A stretch of DNA of 64,000 nucleotides from positions 985,015 to 1,049,014 of the forward strand of contig CP064968.1 in assembly GCA_016699245.1 (NCBI GenBank). The letters are read 5' to 3'. Origin of the DNA: Candidatus Kaiserbacteria bacterium. Its GTDB lineage: Bacteria; Patescibacteriota; Minisyncoccia; Phycocordibacterales; UBA918. Of this stretch, positions 50,315-59,275 are shown one piece after another. Position numbers and translations under genes: made by a program. The notes under the pieces were generated by a model. That model searched no databases. It had not been told where the DNA came from and was given only the letters and a program-made list of their open reading frames with translations. The number at the start of each line of letters is the position of its first letter. Positions within the stretch are counted from its first letter, which is position 1.

Positions 50315-51081
50315 ATGTCATCACAAAATAGATTTGGATACGAATGGGAAAAATATTCTTGGGTAACCCGGGATTACGAGAAGCAGTTTTTGAATTGGAC
50401 AAACCCCATGCAACCTTCCGACTGGGTAGGGAAGAAGGTGCTTGATGCTGGCTGTGGTATGGGTAGAAATAGTTTGTGGCCAATGAAGTTTGGTGCTGCC
50501 TCCGTCACTGCATTTGATTTTGATGAACGCTCTGTAGCACGAGCAAAAGAGACACTCAAAGAATATCCGACTGCGACGTGCACTTTCAAAGTATCTATGA
50601 TATTACGTGGAAGAATGAGTTTGATGTTGCATTCTCAATTGGCGTGATTCACCATTTACGAGACCCAAAAAAAGCACTCGCCAATATGATAGACGCGCTT
50701 AAATCAGGGGGAAAACTTTTGGTATGGGTATATGGGTATGAGGGGAATGAGTGGATAGTGCGGTATGTCGATCCTGTACGTATTCATATCACGTCAAAAC
50801 TGCCGCTCCCCCTTGTGCACCTCCTCTCATATTTTTGTTCTGTTCCGTTGTATGCGTTTGTAAAAATATGCAAAGGTCCGAGCGCGTATCTCAAGCAACT
50901 CTCGACATTCAATTTTTGGCATGTGCACAGTATTGTGTTCGACCAACTCATTCCTGATGTTGCACATTACTGGAAAAAAGAAGAAGTGCGGGCACTGGTC
51001 GCAGACCTCCCCCTTACGGATATAACTGTTTCTCCACCACCAAATAAATCGGGGTGGATTTTGGTGGGAATTAAAATGTAG
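50315..51081 (+). CDS. class I SAM-dependent methyltransferase, interrupted by a 1-nt deletion near 50578
   Basis: ..VLDAGCGMGRNS.. motif I in the first ORF and ..FDVAFSIGVIHHLRDP.. motif II/III in the second, in the -1 frame. Confidence 0.7.
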
Positions 51082-51122
51082 GCTGATTTCTTGTTTTAAA
51101 TTAATTGTGAGATAGAAGGCAG

Positions 51123-51557
51123 TTGAAAGATATGAAGAAATTACTTAAGTCCTATAGAAATTTACAATTAAAATATGCCTTACTTATTAGACAGATAATG
51201 AAGTTTTCGCTTACTGGTTTGATTGCAATATTTGTATTACTTACGTCACTGTTTTTTTTCACTGAGATTATTGGGATATGGTATTTATTCTCTGTTGTCC
51301 TTGCAAATATTTGTACATTGATAGTGAATTTTTTAGTTCAAAAATATTTTGTCTTTTCTAATTATGATACAAATGTTGCTAGAAAACAATTTATATGGTT
51401 TATCGTCTTGTCGGTGGGTTATCTTATCGTAAATACATTACTTATGTATCTTTGGGTAACTGTCATAAAATGGCCATATTTGTATGCACAAACACTTAAT
51501 GTTATTCTTCTAGCCATGATCACGTTCTACATTAACCGAAAATATATTTTTGTTTAG
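51123..51557 (+). CDS. GtrA-family small membrane protein (polyprenol-P-sugar flippase-like)
   Basis: ~140 aa with 4 TM segments. ..FSLTGLIAIFV..ANICTLIVNFLVQKYFVF.. is the typical GtrA-like pattern. Confidence 0.7.
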   Translation: MKDMKKLLKSYRNLQLKYALLIRQIMKFSLTGLIAIFVLLTSLFFFTEIIGIWYLFSVVLANICTLIVNFLVQKYFVFSNYDTNVARKQFIWFIVLSVGYLIVNTLLMYLWVTVIKWPYLYAQTLNVILLAMITFYINRKYIFV

Positions 51558-51583
51558 ATGTATAGAGAATCTATTTTGATATT

Positions 51584-53353
51584 ATGAATGGTCCAATTCA
51601 GAGACTGTGGATGGTTGTAGCAAGACATTCTTTGATGCTTGCGTTGGGATTTGCTATGACCCTTTTTGTTGTTTCACCAAATATACGGTCTTGGAATACA
51701 ATCGGATCTGAAAATTTCAGAGGAGTGTACCCCGTGTTTACTGATGATGAGATTACGTATCAAGCTCGAATAAAGGAAGTGACAGAAGGGAAATATTCAA
51801 TAGGAAATCCTTATATAAAAGAGCATATGGATGATGCTTTTATAATGCCACCGATTGCTGAATTAATTATGGCATGTGGAGTCTGGCTTACGGGTGCATC
51901 TGTACCTTTCATAGCAGCGTTCGGAGATTTCGTTATTGTGTTTATTGATTTCATACTTATATATACTTTTTTTCTCATAGTTTCAGGTGGTTATCGTACA
52001 ATTGCACTACTGTATACGGTCATATTCGTTGTATGTATACTTGCTTCATTAGGAAGACCTATCAGTCCACAGTTAAATTATGTTTTCCTATTTGCAGGGT
52101 TGATACCCATTGCTCTTATTTATTTCCGGGAAAGTATTTATTCTAGACGATGGCATGTTTCTGCCGGTCTTATTACCGGTATAACATGTTTTATTTCACC
52201 TTATTTTTTTACAACACTTTTTGTTTTGTACTCATCACTCTATCTAGCAAAAGTATGTATCAACAAGAAATCTCGATTATTTACTCAAGACCTATTATAT
52301 TTTTCAGTTTCTTTTTTTCCCTTTTTACTCGTTTTTTTATATTTCCAATACAAAGCATCCCAAGGTATCTCATACGCAGAGACCGCACTACGCTATGGAA
52401 TTATGTATACACATTTGCCAGGGAGTTTTACCAACGTGGCTTTGGCAGTACTTGCTGGTGGAGTAATTGTTCTAGCAAGTAGAAAACTCAGTCTGCAGGA
52501 GCGATTCTTTTGCATGAGTGGAGTAATAACTATATTTATTCTCAACTGGCAAAATATTATAACTGGAGTTTCGCTTCAGTTTGCTCCTCACTACCAATTT
52601 ACTACCATTCCAATCATTTTTTCAGTACTTATGATTATCCATCAGCGTTTGATCACTAATAATGAAGTCGGAAGAATCAGTAGTAAGATTATTGGAGTGG
52701 CATTGCTTTTATTAATGTGCATTATTGTGTACCATCAGCGAAATGAATTTATGCACATCGCTCGGATGCCATACTCAGAAGTGGAGCTCGTCGCTATGCA
52801 GAAAAAGATGGACGTCTTTTCATGGTTACGAACTAACACACAGTCAGATTCAGTCGTGTATTCGCTTGGTGGGATGTATGATTTTACTCTACCTGTTTAT
52901 ACTGAAAATAAAGTGTATTATAATTTCTATATTGCGCTTTATCCAGCTTCAGACCATGAGGTTGAGAATCGCTGGTTGGCACAACATTTGTTCGACCTCA
53001 ACATGAGCTCGAGCACAATTCAAGAAGCGCATCGAGAGTATTGGGGAAATCGTTACATTGACAGTTACGCATCTGCTGAGAACCGGAAGAAGATTATTGC
53101 TTTAGTTACGCTCAATGAGTATGTTCCTGGAGAACGTATTTCAGATAGTCTTAGTGAGAGAATGTACAGTCGATGGATTGATGTTAAATCCCAACCACCA
53201 ATAGATGTATTGAGACAATATGAAATTGATTATATTTTGCTCAGTAAGGAGTACCAATATTATGACGAAACTAAAAAAAGATTGGAGCAAATAGATGAAT
53301 TATCTATTGTTGCCGATTTTAATGGTGAACTCTTGTATGCGTTACAAAAGTAA
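51584..53353 (+). CDS. large polytopic membrane protein, probable GT-C-type (GtrC/ArnT-like) glycosyltransferase
   Basis: ~12 TM N-terminal domain plus a C-terminal soluble domain. The position immediately after GtrA fits a GtrABC-type periplasmic-face glycosylation module. No sequence motif confirmed. Confidence 0.4.
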   Translation: MNGPIQRLWMVVARHSLMLALGFAMTLFVVSPNIRSWNTIGSENFRGVYPVFTDDEITYQARIKEVTEGKYSIGNPYIKEHMDDAFIMPPIAELIMACGVWLTGASVPFIAAFGDFVIVFIDFILIYTFFLIVSGGYRTIALLYTVIFVVCILASLGRPISPQLNYVFLFAGLIPIALIYFRESIYSRRWHVSAGLITGITCFISPYFFTTLFVLYSSLYLAKVCINKKSRLFTQDLLYFSVSFFPFLLVFLYFQYKASQGISYAETALRYGIMYTHLPGSFTNVALAVLAGGVIVLASRKLSLQERFFCMSGVITIFILNWQNIITGVSLQFAPHYQFTTIPIIFSVLMIIHQRLITNNEVGRISSKIIGVALLLLMCIIVYHQRNEFMHIARMPYSEVELVAMQKKMDVFSWLRTNTQSDSVVYSLGGMYDFTLPVYTENKVYYNFYIALYPASDHEVENRWLAQHLFDLNMSSSTIQEAHREYWGNRYIDSYASAENRKKIIALVTLNEYVPGERISDSLSERMYSRWIDVKSQPPIDVLRQYEIDYILLSKEYQYYDETKKRLEQIDELSIVADFNGELLYALQK

Positions 53354-53419
53354 CATGATAAAATATGAGCCCATTCGGACTTGCAACCAGATCATATTTA
53401 GCAATAGTCGAAATATATA

Positions 53420-54133
53420 ATGGCGAAGATAGAATACGAAAAGAATATCGATAATTTTGACATAAGAAATTTCTTTAAACGCTGGCAATTTTTCTATTTT
53501 TTTATTGCAAATGTATTTGGCCCTATGATGTTTTGTGGATTAAGTGCAGTTGCATTTTTAAAACGTTATCCATCTGAAGGTAAGGTATTAAACTTGGGTT
53601 CTGGACCGAGGATTTTATCCAAGGGTGTAGTAAATGTTGATTTTTATCCATACACAGGAGTAGAAATAGTTGCTGATATAAATTCGGTACCGTTACCAGA
53701 CGCAAGTGTGGCGCGTATTATTTCAGATAATGTACTTGAACATACGTCACTTCCATCTAAAGCAGTATTGGAAATGAGACGCTTACTATGTAAAGACGGA
53801 CTAGCATATATCTCCACACCATTTTTATACCCTTTCCATACGTCACCTTCTGACTATCAACGCTGGACAGATGAGGGATTACGGGAATTGTTTAAAGACT
53901 TTGAAATGGTAGAAATTGGGGTCCGAGCAGGACCATTTTCTGCACTTACCGTTTATTTAAATCATCTGTTTTCAATAATTTTTTCATTTGGCTCGCATAA
54001 AATCGCTTCAATACTTCTTAATTTGATAATGTTTGTAACCTTTCCAATAAAATTTCTTGATTTAGTTTTTAATCACTGTCCTCGGTCTGTTGAAATAGCT
54101 GCAGTGTTATATTGTGTCGTGCGGAAAAAATAA
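53420..54133 (+). CDS. class I SAM-dependent methyltransferase
   Basis: ..VLNLGSGPR.. motif I and ..DNVLEH.. Methyltransf_11-like pattern. Confidence 0.7.
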   Translation: MAKIEYEKNIDNFDIRNFFKRWQFFYFFIANVFGPMMFCGLSAVAFLKRYPSEGKVLNLGSGPRILSKGVVNVDFYPYTGVEIVADINSVPLPDASVARIISDNVLEHTSLPSKAVLEMRRLLCKDGLAYISTPFLYPFHTSPSDYQRWTDEGLRELFKDFEMVEIGVRAGPFSALTVYLNHLFSIIFSFGSHKIASILLNLIMFVTFPIKFLDLVFNHCPRSVEIAAVLYCVVRKK

Positions 54134-54229
54134 AGTTTTCCTAATTGGTTCAGGGGACCTTAGAACATATATATTTTTTGAGTATTTGTAACTTTTCATA
54201 TTTAATTTGGTAATACTATAATAATATTA

Positions 54230-54417
54230 TGAAACGAATAGCAATATCAGGGGGTTTTGACCTAATTCATCCAGAATGCCACGGGGTTCGACCCCGTGGA
54301 TGAATGGACAAATATATAGCTTCGGCGGAGCCGAATCCTCAGCTAGCAAAGAACCCCAGGTCCCACCCCAGCACTGACGGGTGGAAAATGCCCCATCCCC
54401 TCTGGGGTGGGGTTCTT
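54230..54417 (+). ncRNA. candidate structured small RNA: tRNA-like acceptor/T-arm minihelix + two further hairpins, ending in a GC-rich stem followed by a U-rich tail
   Basis: TATAAT-like box at 54216-54221. 54266-54307: TTCATCC-agaatgcc-[CCACGGGG-TTCGA-CCCCGTGG]-GGATGAA (7-bp outer stem; 8-bp stem with a T-loop-like TTCGA loop, partly mutually exclusive). 54320-54337: TTCGGC-gga-GCCGAA. 54348-54416: long imperfect hairpin AGAACCCCA(ggtccc)ACCCCAG ... CTGGGGTGGGGTTCT followed by TTTACTGATTT. No CDS fits. Confidence 0.25.
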
Positions 54418-54605
54418 TACTGATTTCTCGAGTTGCGTTGAGGATTTGACCGGAGCAATTAAGAGGGAATTGAGTATTGACAATATAACTGTTGTATATA
54501 CAATGGTTATATTACCTGTCCTGTTCACAGTTGTGAAAGTGGATGCATAGGTATCGATTTTTAGGCAGGAGAGAATAGGGATACACTCATAATTATTAGA
54601 TAACT

Positions 54606-54887
54606 TTGTATAGGATGAAAACAGTACTCAATGTGAAGACGGACAAAGATGTGAAGGAGAGAGCGCAGGCACTCGCCAAACACCTCGGTATACCACTCTC
54701 AATAGTGGTAAATGCTTATCTGAAGGATTTTATATATTCGGGAGAATTTCGCGTGACACGCGAGCCAGAGTTGCGTCCTGAGGTGAAGAAAGAACTTAAG
54801 AAAATGTACGCAGATGCGCGTGCAGGCAAAAATATGTCGCCCGCATTCACGAACGTTGATGATGCTATAGCATGGCTTAAGAAATAA
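54606..54887 (+). CDS. relB: type II antitoxin, RelB/DinJ family
   Basis: ..LNVKTDKDVKERAQALAKHLGIPLSIVVNAYLKDFI.. matches the RelB/DinJ ribbon-helix-helix antitoxin pattern. The true start may be 54615. Confidence 0.7.
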   Translation: MYRMKTVLNVKTDKDVKERAQALAKHLGIPLSIVVNAYLKDFIYSGEFRVTREPELRPEVKKELKKMYADARAGKNMSPAFTNVDDAIAWLKK

Positions 54888-54891
54888 TGGT

Positions 54892-55146
54892 ATGCAGGTA
54901 ACGTTTCATAAAAAGTTTAAAAAGCAACTTAAGAAACTTCCTCCTCACATCCAGAAAACGTTTTTTGAGCGTCTGAGTGTACTCATTGCATCCCCACATG
55001 ATCCTCTTCTCAATGTACACAGACTCACTGGGGACATGGATACGTTTTTGAGTATGAATGTAACTGGTGATTATCGAGCGCACTTTACATACGAAGAGTA
55101 TACGATTGAGTTTTATAAAATTGGCACACACAGCGAGTTGTATTGA
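54892..55146 (+). CDS. relE: type II toxin, RelE/ParE family mRNA interferase
   Basis: 84 aa, starts 5 nt after the antitoxin stop. C-terminal ..GDYRAHFTY..IGTHSELY is the RelE/ParE signature. Confidence 0.7.
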   Translation: MQVTFHKKFKKQLKKLPPHIQKTFFERLSVLIASPHDPLLNVHRLTGDMDTFLSMNVTGDYRAHFTYEEYTIEFYKIGTHSELY

Positions 55147-55259
55147 GGACACGTGAACCAAGGTCTTCTTGGGTAGGCGTGTCGTCGCGCTACTTTTTTG
55201 ATTTTGGGGATGTTATAGTATTTGTTCAGTACTATATCAGTCACTAATTTTGTTCATCC

Positions 55260-56915
55260 ATGAGTTCACCAGATTTGCAGCACGATATTCTTACCCTCCC
55301 ACGCCTCAACCTCAAAGGGCGCGTACTCCACGACCTTGAGGTGATGCTCCTTGGGGGCTTTGAGCCCGTCGTGGGCTTTATGGATGAGGCGGACTATAAC
55401 GGTGTGGTGGAGTCGATGCGTCTCGCTGATGGAACCCTTTTCCCGATACCTATCGTGCTCGATGTGTCGGCACAGAATTCGTATCAGGTAGGGGAGCGCA
55501 TACTCCTTTGTGATGCGTTTGGAAACCCGCTTGCGGTCATGGCGATTACCTCACGCTTTTCACCCGACAAGACAAAGGAAGCGCTTCGCGTGTATGGCAC
55601 CGAGGACAGAATGCACCCCGGCGTGCAGTACCTTTTTGATGAAATGGAGGACACCTACCTCGGGGGTACGGTGACAAAGATTGCACTCCCTGAACGAAAC
55701 GACTTTAAACAATTCCGCAAAACACCCACAGAACTCAAAGCGCTTTTCAAAGAAAAAGGATGGGATAAGGTCGTGGGCTTTCAAACACGCAATCCCATGC
55801 ATCGCGCCCACTTTGAACTTGTAAAGCGTGCAAGTGAAAAAATAGGAGCACCGGTACTCGTGCATCCTGTTGTGGGGATGACAAAGCCAGGAGACATAGA
55901 CTACGTCACCCGCGTGCGCACATACAATGTGGTGTGCAACACCTACGGAAAGGATTTTACGCATCTTTCACTCTTGCCCCTTGCGATGCGTATGGCGGGC
56001 CCGCGTGAGGCGGTGTGGCACTCGATCATCCGCAAAAACTACGGATGTACGCACTTCATAGTGGGGCGTGACCACGCGGGCCCGGGCAAGGGAAGTGATG
56101 GAAAGGATTTTTATGGTCCGTATGATGCGCGTACGCTCGCACTCACCCATGCTGATGAGGTAGGTATTATTATTGTTGACTCGGACGAACTCGCGTACTC
56201 AAAGACACGAGAAAAGTATGTGTCGGCACATGAGGTAGAAGAGGGGGAAGATATTGCCAATATCTCGGGTACTGAGTTTCGTCGACGCTTGCGTGAGAAT
56301 GAGGAGATACCTGAATGGTTTTCCTTTAAGGAGAGTATCGCAATTTTGCGCGAGAGTGTGAAGCGGGATACGCGCCCCGGCGTGACGTTCTTTTTCACGG
56401 GACTTTCATGCTCGGGCAAGTCGACGCTTGCGCAACTTCTGTATGCACGGCTTCAAGAACTGCAGGATAGAGATGTAACCTTCCTCGATGGCGATATTAT
56501 TCGTGAGCACCTTTCGAAGGGCTTAGGCTTCTCAAAGGAGGATAGAGATGAAAACGTAAAGCGTGTAGGCTTTGTAGCCCGTGAGGTGATAAAGCACGGA
56601 GGAATCGTTATTTCAGCACTTATTGCACCGTACAGGGACGCGCGGAGACACGTACGTACTATGGTGGAGCAGTATGGGGAATTCATTGAGATATTTGTGG
56701 ATACACCAGTGGATGTATGTGCAACACGTGATACGAAGGGCCTGTATGAAAAAGCACGTCAAGGACTTATTAAAAACTTTACGGGAGTTGACGACCCGTA
56801 TGAGGTACCGGAAGCACCAGAATTGGTTGCAAAAACTGTAGAAAGCACGCCTGAAGAGATTGTAGAAAATATTATTGAACATCTCTATACACGCGGCGTT
56901 TTGGTGCGAAGGTAG
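55260..56915 (+). CDS. sat/cysC: bifunctional sulfate adenylyltransferase / adenylyl-sulfate kinase (PAPS synthase-like)
   Basis: ATP-sulfurylase motifs ..GFQTRNPMHRAHFEL.. and ..GRDHAGPG... C-terminal APS-kinase P-loop ..FFFTGLSCSGKSTLA.. and ..ISALIAPY.. Confidence 0.85.
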   Translation: MSSPDLQHDILTLPRLNLKGRVLHDLEVMLLGGFEPVVGFMDEADYNGVVESMRLADGTLFPIPIVLDVSAQNSYQVGERILLCDAFGNPLAVMAITSRFSPDKTKEALRVYGTEDRMHPGVQYLFDEMEDTYLGGTVTKIALPERNDFKQFRKTPTELKALFKEKGWDKVVGFQTRNPMHRAHFELVKRASEKIGAPVLVHPVVGMTKPGDIDYVTRVRTYNVVCNTYGKDFTHLSLLPLAMRMAGPREAVWHSIIRKNYGCTHFIVGRDHAGPGKGSDGKDFYGPYDARTLALTHADEVGIIIVDSDELAYSKTREKYVSAHEVEEGEDIANISGTEFRRRLRENEEIPEWFSFKESIAILRESVKRDTRPGVTFFFTGLSCSGKSTLAQLLYARLQELQDRDVTFLDGDIIREHLSKGLGFSKEDRDENVKRVGFVAREVIKHGGIVISALIAPYRDARRHVRTMVEQYGEFIEIFVDTPVDVCATRDTKGLYEKARQGLIKNFTGVDDPYEVPEAPELVAKTVESTPEEIVENIIEHLYTRGVLVRR

Positions 56916-56950
56916 GACACATCTTGACGAAGTGAGGAATAAAATGTGAA

Positions 56951-56981
56951 AAAGGCGCCGCCCCTACGGTCGCGCCTTTTT
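56951..56981. terminator. intrinsic terminator (GC stem flanked by A5 and T5; bidirectional potential)
   Basis: AAAAAGGCGCcgcccctacggtcGCGCCTTTTT, 36 nt after the sat/cysC stop. Confidence 0.6.
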
Positions 56982-57025
56982 CACTTGTACAGCACCACCT
57001 CCACTATGGTATAGTTTTCATCATT

Positions 57026-59245
57026 ATGAAAGACATTACAAAAGGACTTGTGTATGCGGGTATCTTTGCGATTCCAGCGATTGTGCTCATTATTTCTAAT
57101 ACTATGTTTTTCCCTTTTATTACGGGGAAGAATTTTACCTTCAGAATTATTGTTGAAATTATCTTTGCAGGCTGGGTGATCCTTGCTCTCTATGAGCCAC
57201 TCTACCGCCCTAAGTTTTCGTGGATACTTGGTAGTTTCAGCGCGCTTCTCGTGGTGATGTTTTTCGCCAACCTCTTTGGTGAATCGCCACAATCAAGTTT
57301 CTGGAGCAACTATGAACGTATGGAAGGGTACGTGACACTTGTGCACACATTCTTGTACATGCTCATTGCCGGTACCGTTTTGACCACAGAGAAAGTGTGG
57401 GACAGATTTTTTATGACAACCATTGGTGTGGCTGTCGTACTTTCACTCTATGCATTTGCACAGCTCTCGGGCAACATCACCATCAATCAGGGAGGCGTGC
57501 GTCTTGATGGTACGTTAGGAAACTCTGCATACATGGCCATCTACATGCTCTTCCATATCTTCATTACGTTCTTTATGCTTTTCCGTGCAAAGAGCAAGGG
57601 AGCACGTATTGTCTATGGTGGGCTTGCAGTTCTTTTCATCTATCTCCTCATACAGACAGCAACGCGCGGTACTATCCTTGGCCTTGTGGGCGGCTCATTC
57701 ATTATGGCTACCTACATCGCGCTCTTTGCGCGAGAATATCCCATGTTCCGCAAGATTGCGACAGGGGGAATCGTGGCTATTATTGCGATTGTTGCAATCT
57801 TCATTACCTTTAAAGAATCATCATTCATTCAGGGCAACCCCTATCTTCAACGTATCGCAACTATTTCCCTCGCTGAAGGTGGCAATCGTTTTAATATTTG
57901 GAGCATGGCCTTTGAAGGAGTAAAGGAACGACCAATTCTCGGCTGGGGTCAGGGTAATTACAACTACGTTTTCAATGAGTATTATCGTCCAGAACTCCAT
58001 GGTGGGGAAGCGTGGTTTGACCGTGTTCACAACATCGTCATGGACTGGCTTATTGCTGGAGGGGTACTTGGTCTTATTGCATACTTGTCTGTTCTTTTCT
58101 CAGCTCTGTACTATCTCTTCTTCCGACCTCTCTTTAGAAAAGATGATCATGCCTTTACCGTAGTGGAGCGCGGAGTGCTCATTGGGCTTCTTGCAGGCTA
58201 CTTCGTACACAACATATTCGTATTCGACAACATCGTCAGTTACATCTTCTATGCCGTGATACTCGCATACATTCATGCGCGAGTGGCACTTCCAAGTTCC
58301 GCACTGGTGAAGCGTAAAGTAGATATACGTATTGTTGAACAGGTGGTTGTTCCCGTGGTATGTATCCTTGCGTTTGTAGTCGTGTACTCCGTCAATGTTC
58401 CGGGTATTCAGGCATCAAAGGATATTATCAAGGCATTCCAAACACAGGATCCAGAAAAAATGCTCCAGTCGTTTGAAACCGCACTTTCACGAGATTCCTT
58501 TGGTACTCAAGAAATTCGTGAGCAAATGACACAGAAAGCACAGGCAGTGCTTTCGGATGAGAAAATACCTGAAGAAATAAGACAAAAATTTAAGACTCGG
58601 GTAGAAGAAGAACTTCTCAAGCAGGAAGCAGAAAAGCCAGGCGATGCGCGTGTTGAAGTCTTTATAAGTTCATTTTATCGTGCTACAGGCAATCTCGAAA
58701 AAGCAATCGAACACCTCAATACTGCGCGTAAACTTTCTCCAAAAAAACAAATCATTATTTTTGAGCAAGGTTTTGCGTACCTCCAAAAACAAGAGCCACA
58801 AAAGGCTATGGAACTCTTTAAAGAGGCATATGATCTCGGTCCACAATTTATGGAGTCACGAGTGATGTATGCAATGGCTGCAACCTATGCGGGGAATATG
58901 GCTATCGTCGATGAACTCATTTCGACCGAAGAGCAAAAACAAGCATTCGCAAACAACGACAACGCGCTCCAGGCAATGCACCAGGTGCAGCAGTATGGAC
59001 GTCTCAAAGAAATGCTTGAAATACGCATTGCGTTGAAGCCTACCGTCTCACAGGAACGTGCAAGTCTTGCATACGTACTCAATGATTTGATGAATGATAC
59101 CGCAGGCGCGATTGAGGTGCTCAAGAAGGCAGGAGAAGATATTCCTGAATTCAAAGCAGAAGCTGATCAGTACATGCAAAGTATCGTGAGCAAGAATCTC
59201 GGCATAAAGGAGACTGCTCCCGTGGCTCCTGTGCCCACAGAATAG
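57026..59245 (+). CDS. O-antigen ligase/polymerase-family (Wzy_C/WaaL-like) membrane protein with C-terminal TPR repeats
   Basis: ~12 TM N-terminal domain including ..IQTATRGTILGL.. (Wzy_C-type loop with conserved Arg). The C-terminal ~300 aa is soluble with TPR-like helical repeats. Confidence 0.65.
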   Translation: MKDITKGLVYAGIFAIPAIVLIISNTMFFPFITGKNFTFRIIVEIIFAGWVILALYEPLYRPKFSWILGSFSALLVVMFFANLFGESPQSSFWSNYERMEGYVTLVHTFLYMLIAGTVLTTEKVWDRFFMTTIGVAVVLSLYAFAQLSGNITINQGGVRLDGTLGNSAYMAIYMLFHIFITFFMLFRAKSKGARIVYGGLAVLFIYLLIQTATRGTILGLVGGSFIMATYIALFAREYPMFRKIATGGIVAIIAIVAIFITFKESSFIQGNPYLQRIATISLAEGGNRFNIWSMAFEGVKERPILGWGQGNYNYVFNEYYRPELHGGEAWFDRVHNIVMDWLIAGGVLGLIAYLSVLFSALYYLFFRPLFRKDDHAFTVVERGVLIGLLAGYFVHNIFVFDNIVSYIFYAVILAYIHARVALPSSALVKRKVDIRIVEQVVVPVVCILAFVVVYSVNVPGIQASKDIIKAFQTQDPEKMLQSFETALSRDSFGTQEIREQMTQKAQAVLSDEKIPEEIRQKFKTRVEEELLKQEAEKPGDARVEVFISSFYRATGNLEKAIEHLNTARKLSPKKQIIIFEQGFAYLQKQEPQKAMELFKEAYDLGPQFMESRVMYAMAATYAGNMAIVDELISTEEQKQAFANNDNALQAMHQVQQYGRLKEMLEIRIALKPTVSQERASLAYVLNDLMNDTAGAIEVLKKAGEDIPEFKAEADQYMQSIVSKNLGIKETAPVAPVPTE

Positions 59246-59275
59246 TCTTAGAGAGAATGACGCATACATTTTTTA

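Noticed and set aside
54266-54307. Possible tRNA or tmRNA gene (GGTTCGA T-loop-like motif)
   Set aside because: Only an acceptor-like stem and one T-arm-like hairpin are present. There are no D or anticodon arms and no ACCA. The tmRNA-like 5' GGGGG..TTGAC lies only 30 nt upstream and there is no tag-peptide reading frame. Kept as a tRNA-like minihelix within a candidate sRNA instead.
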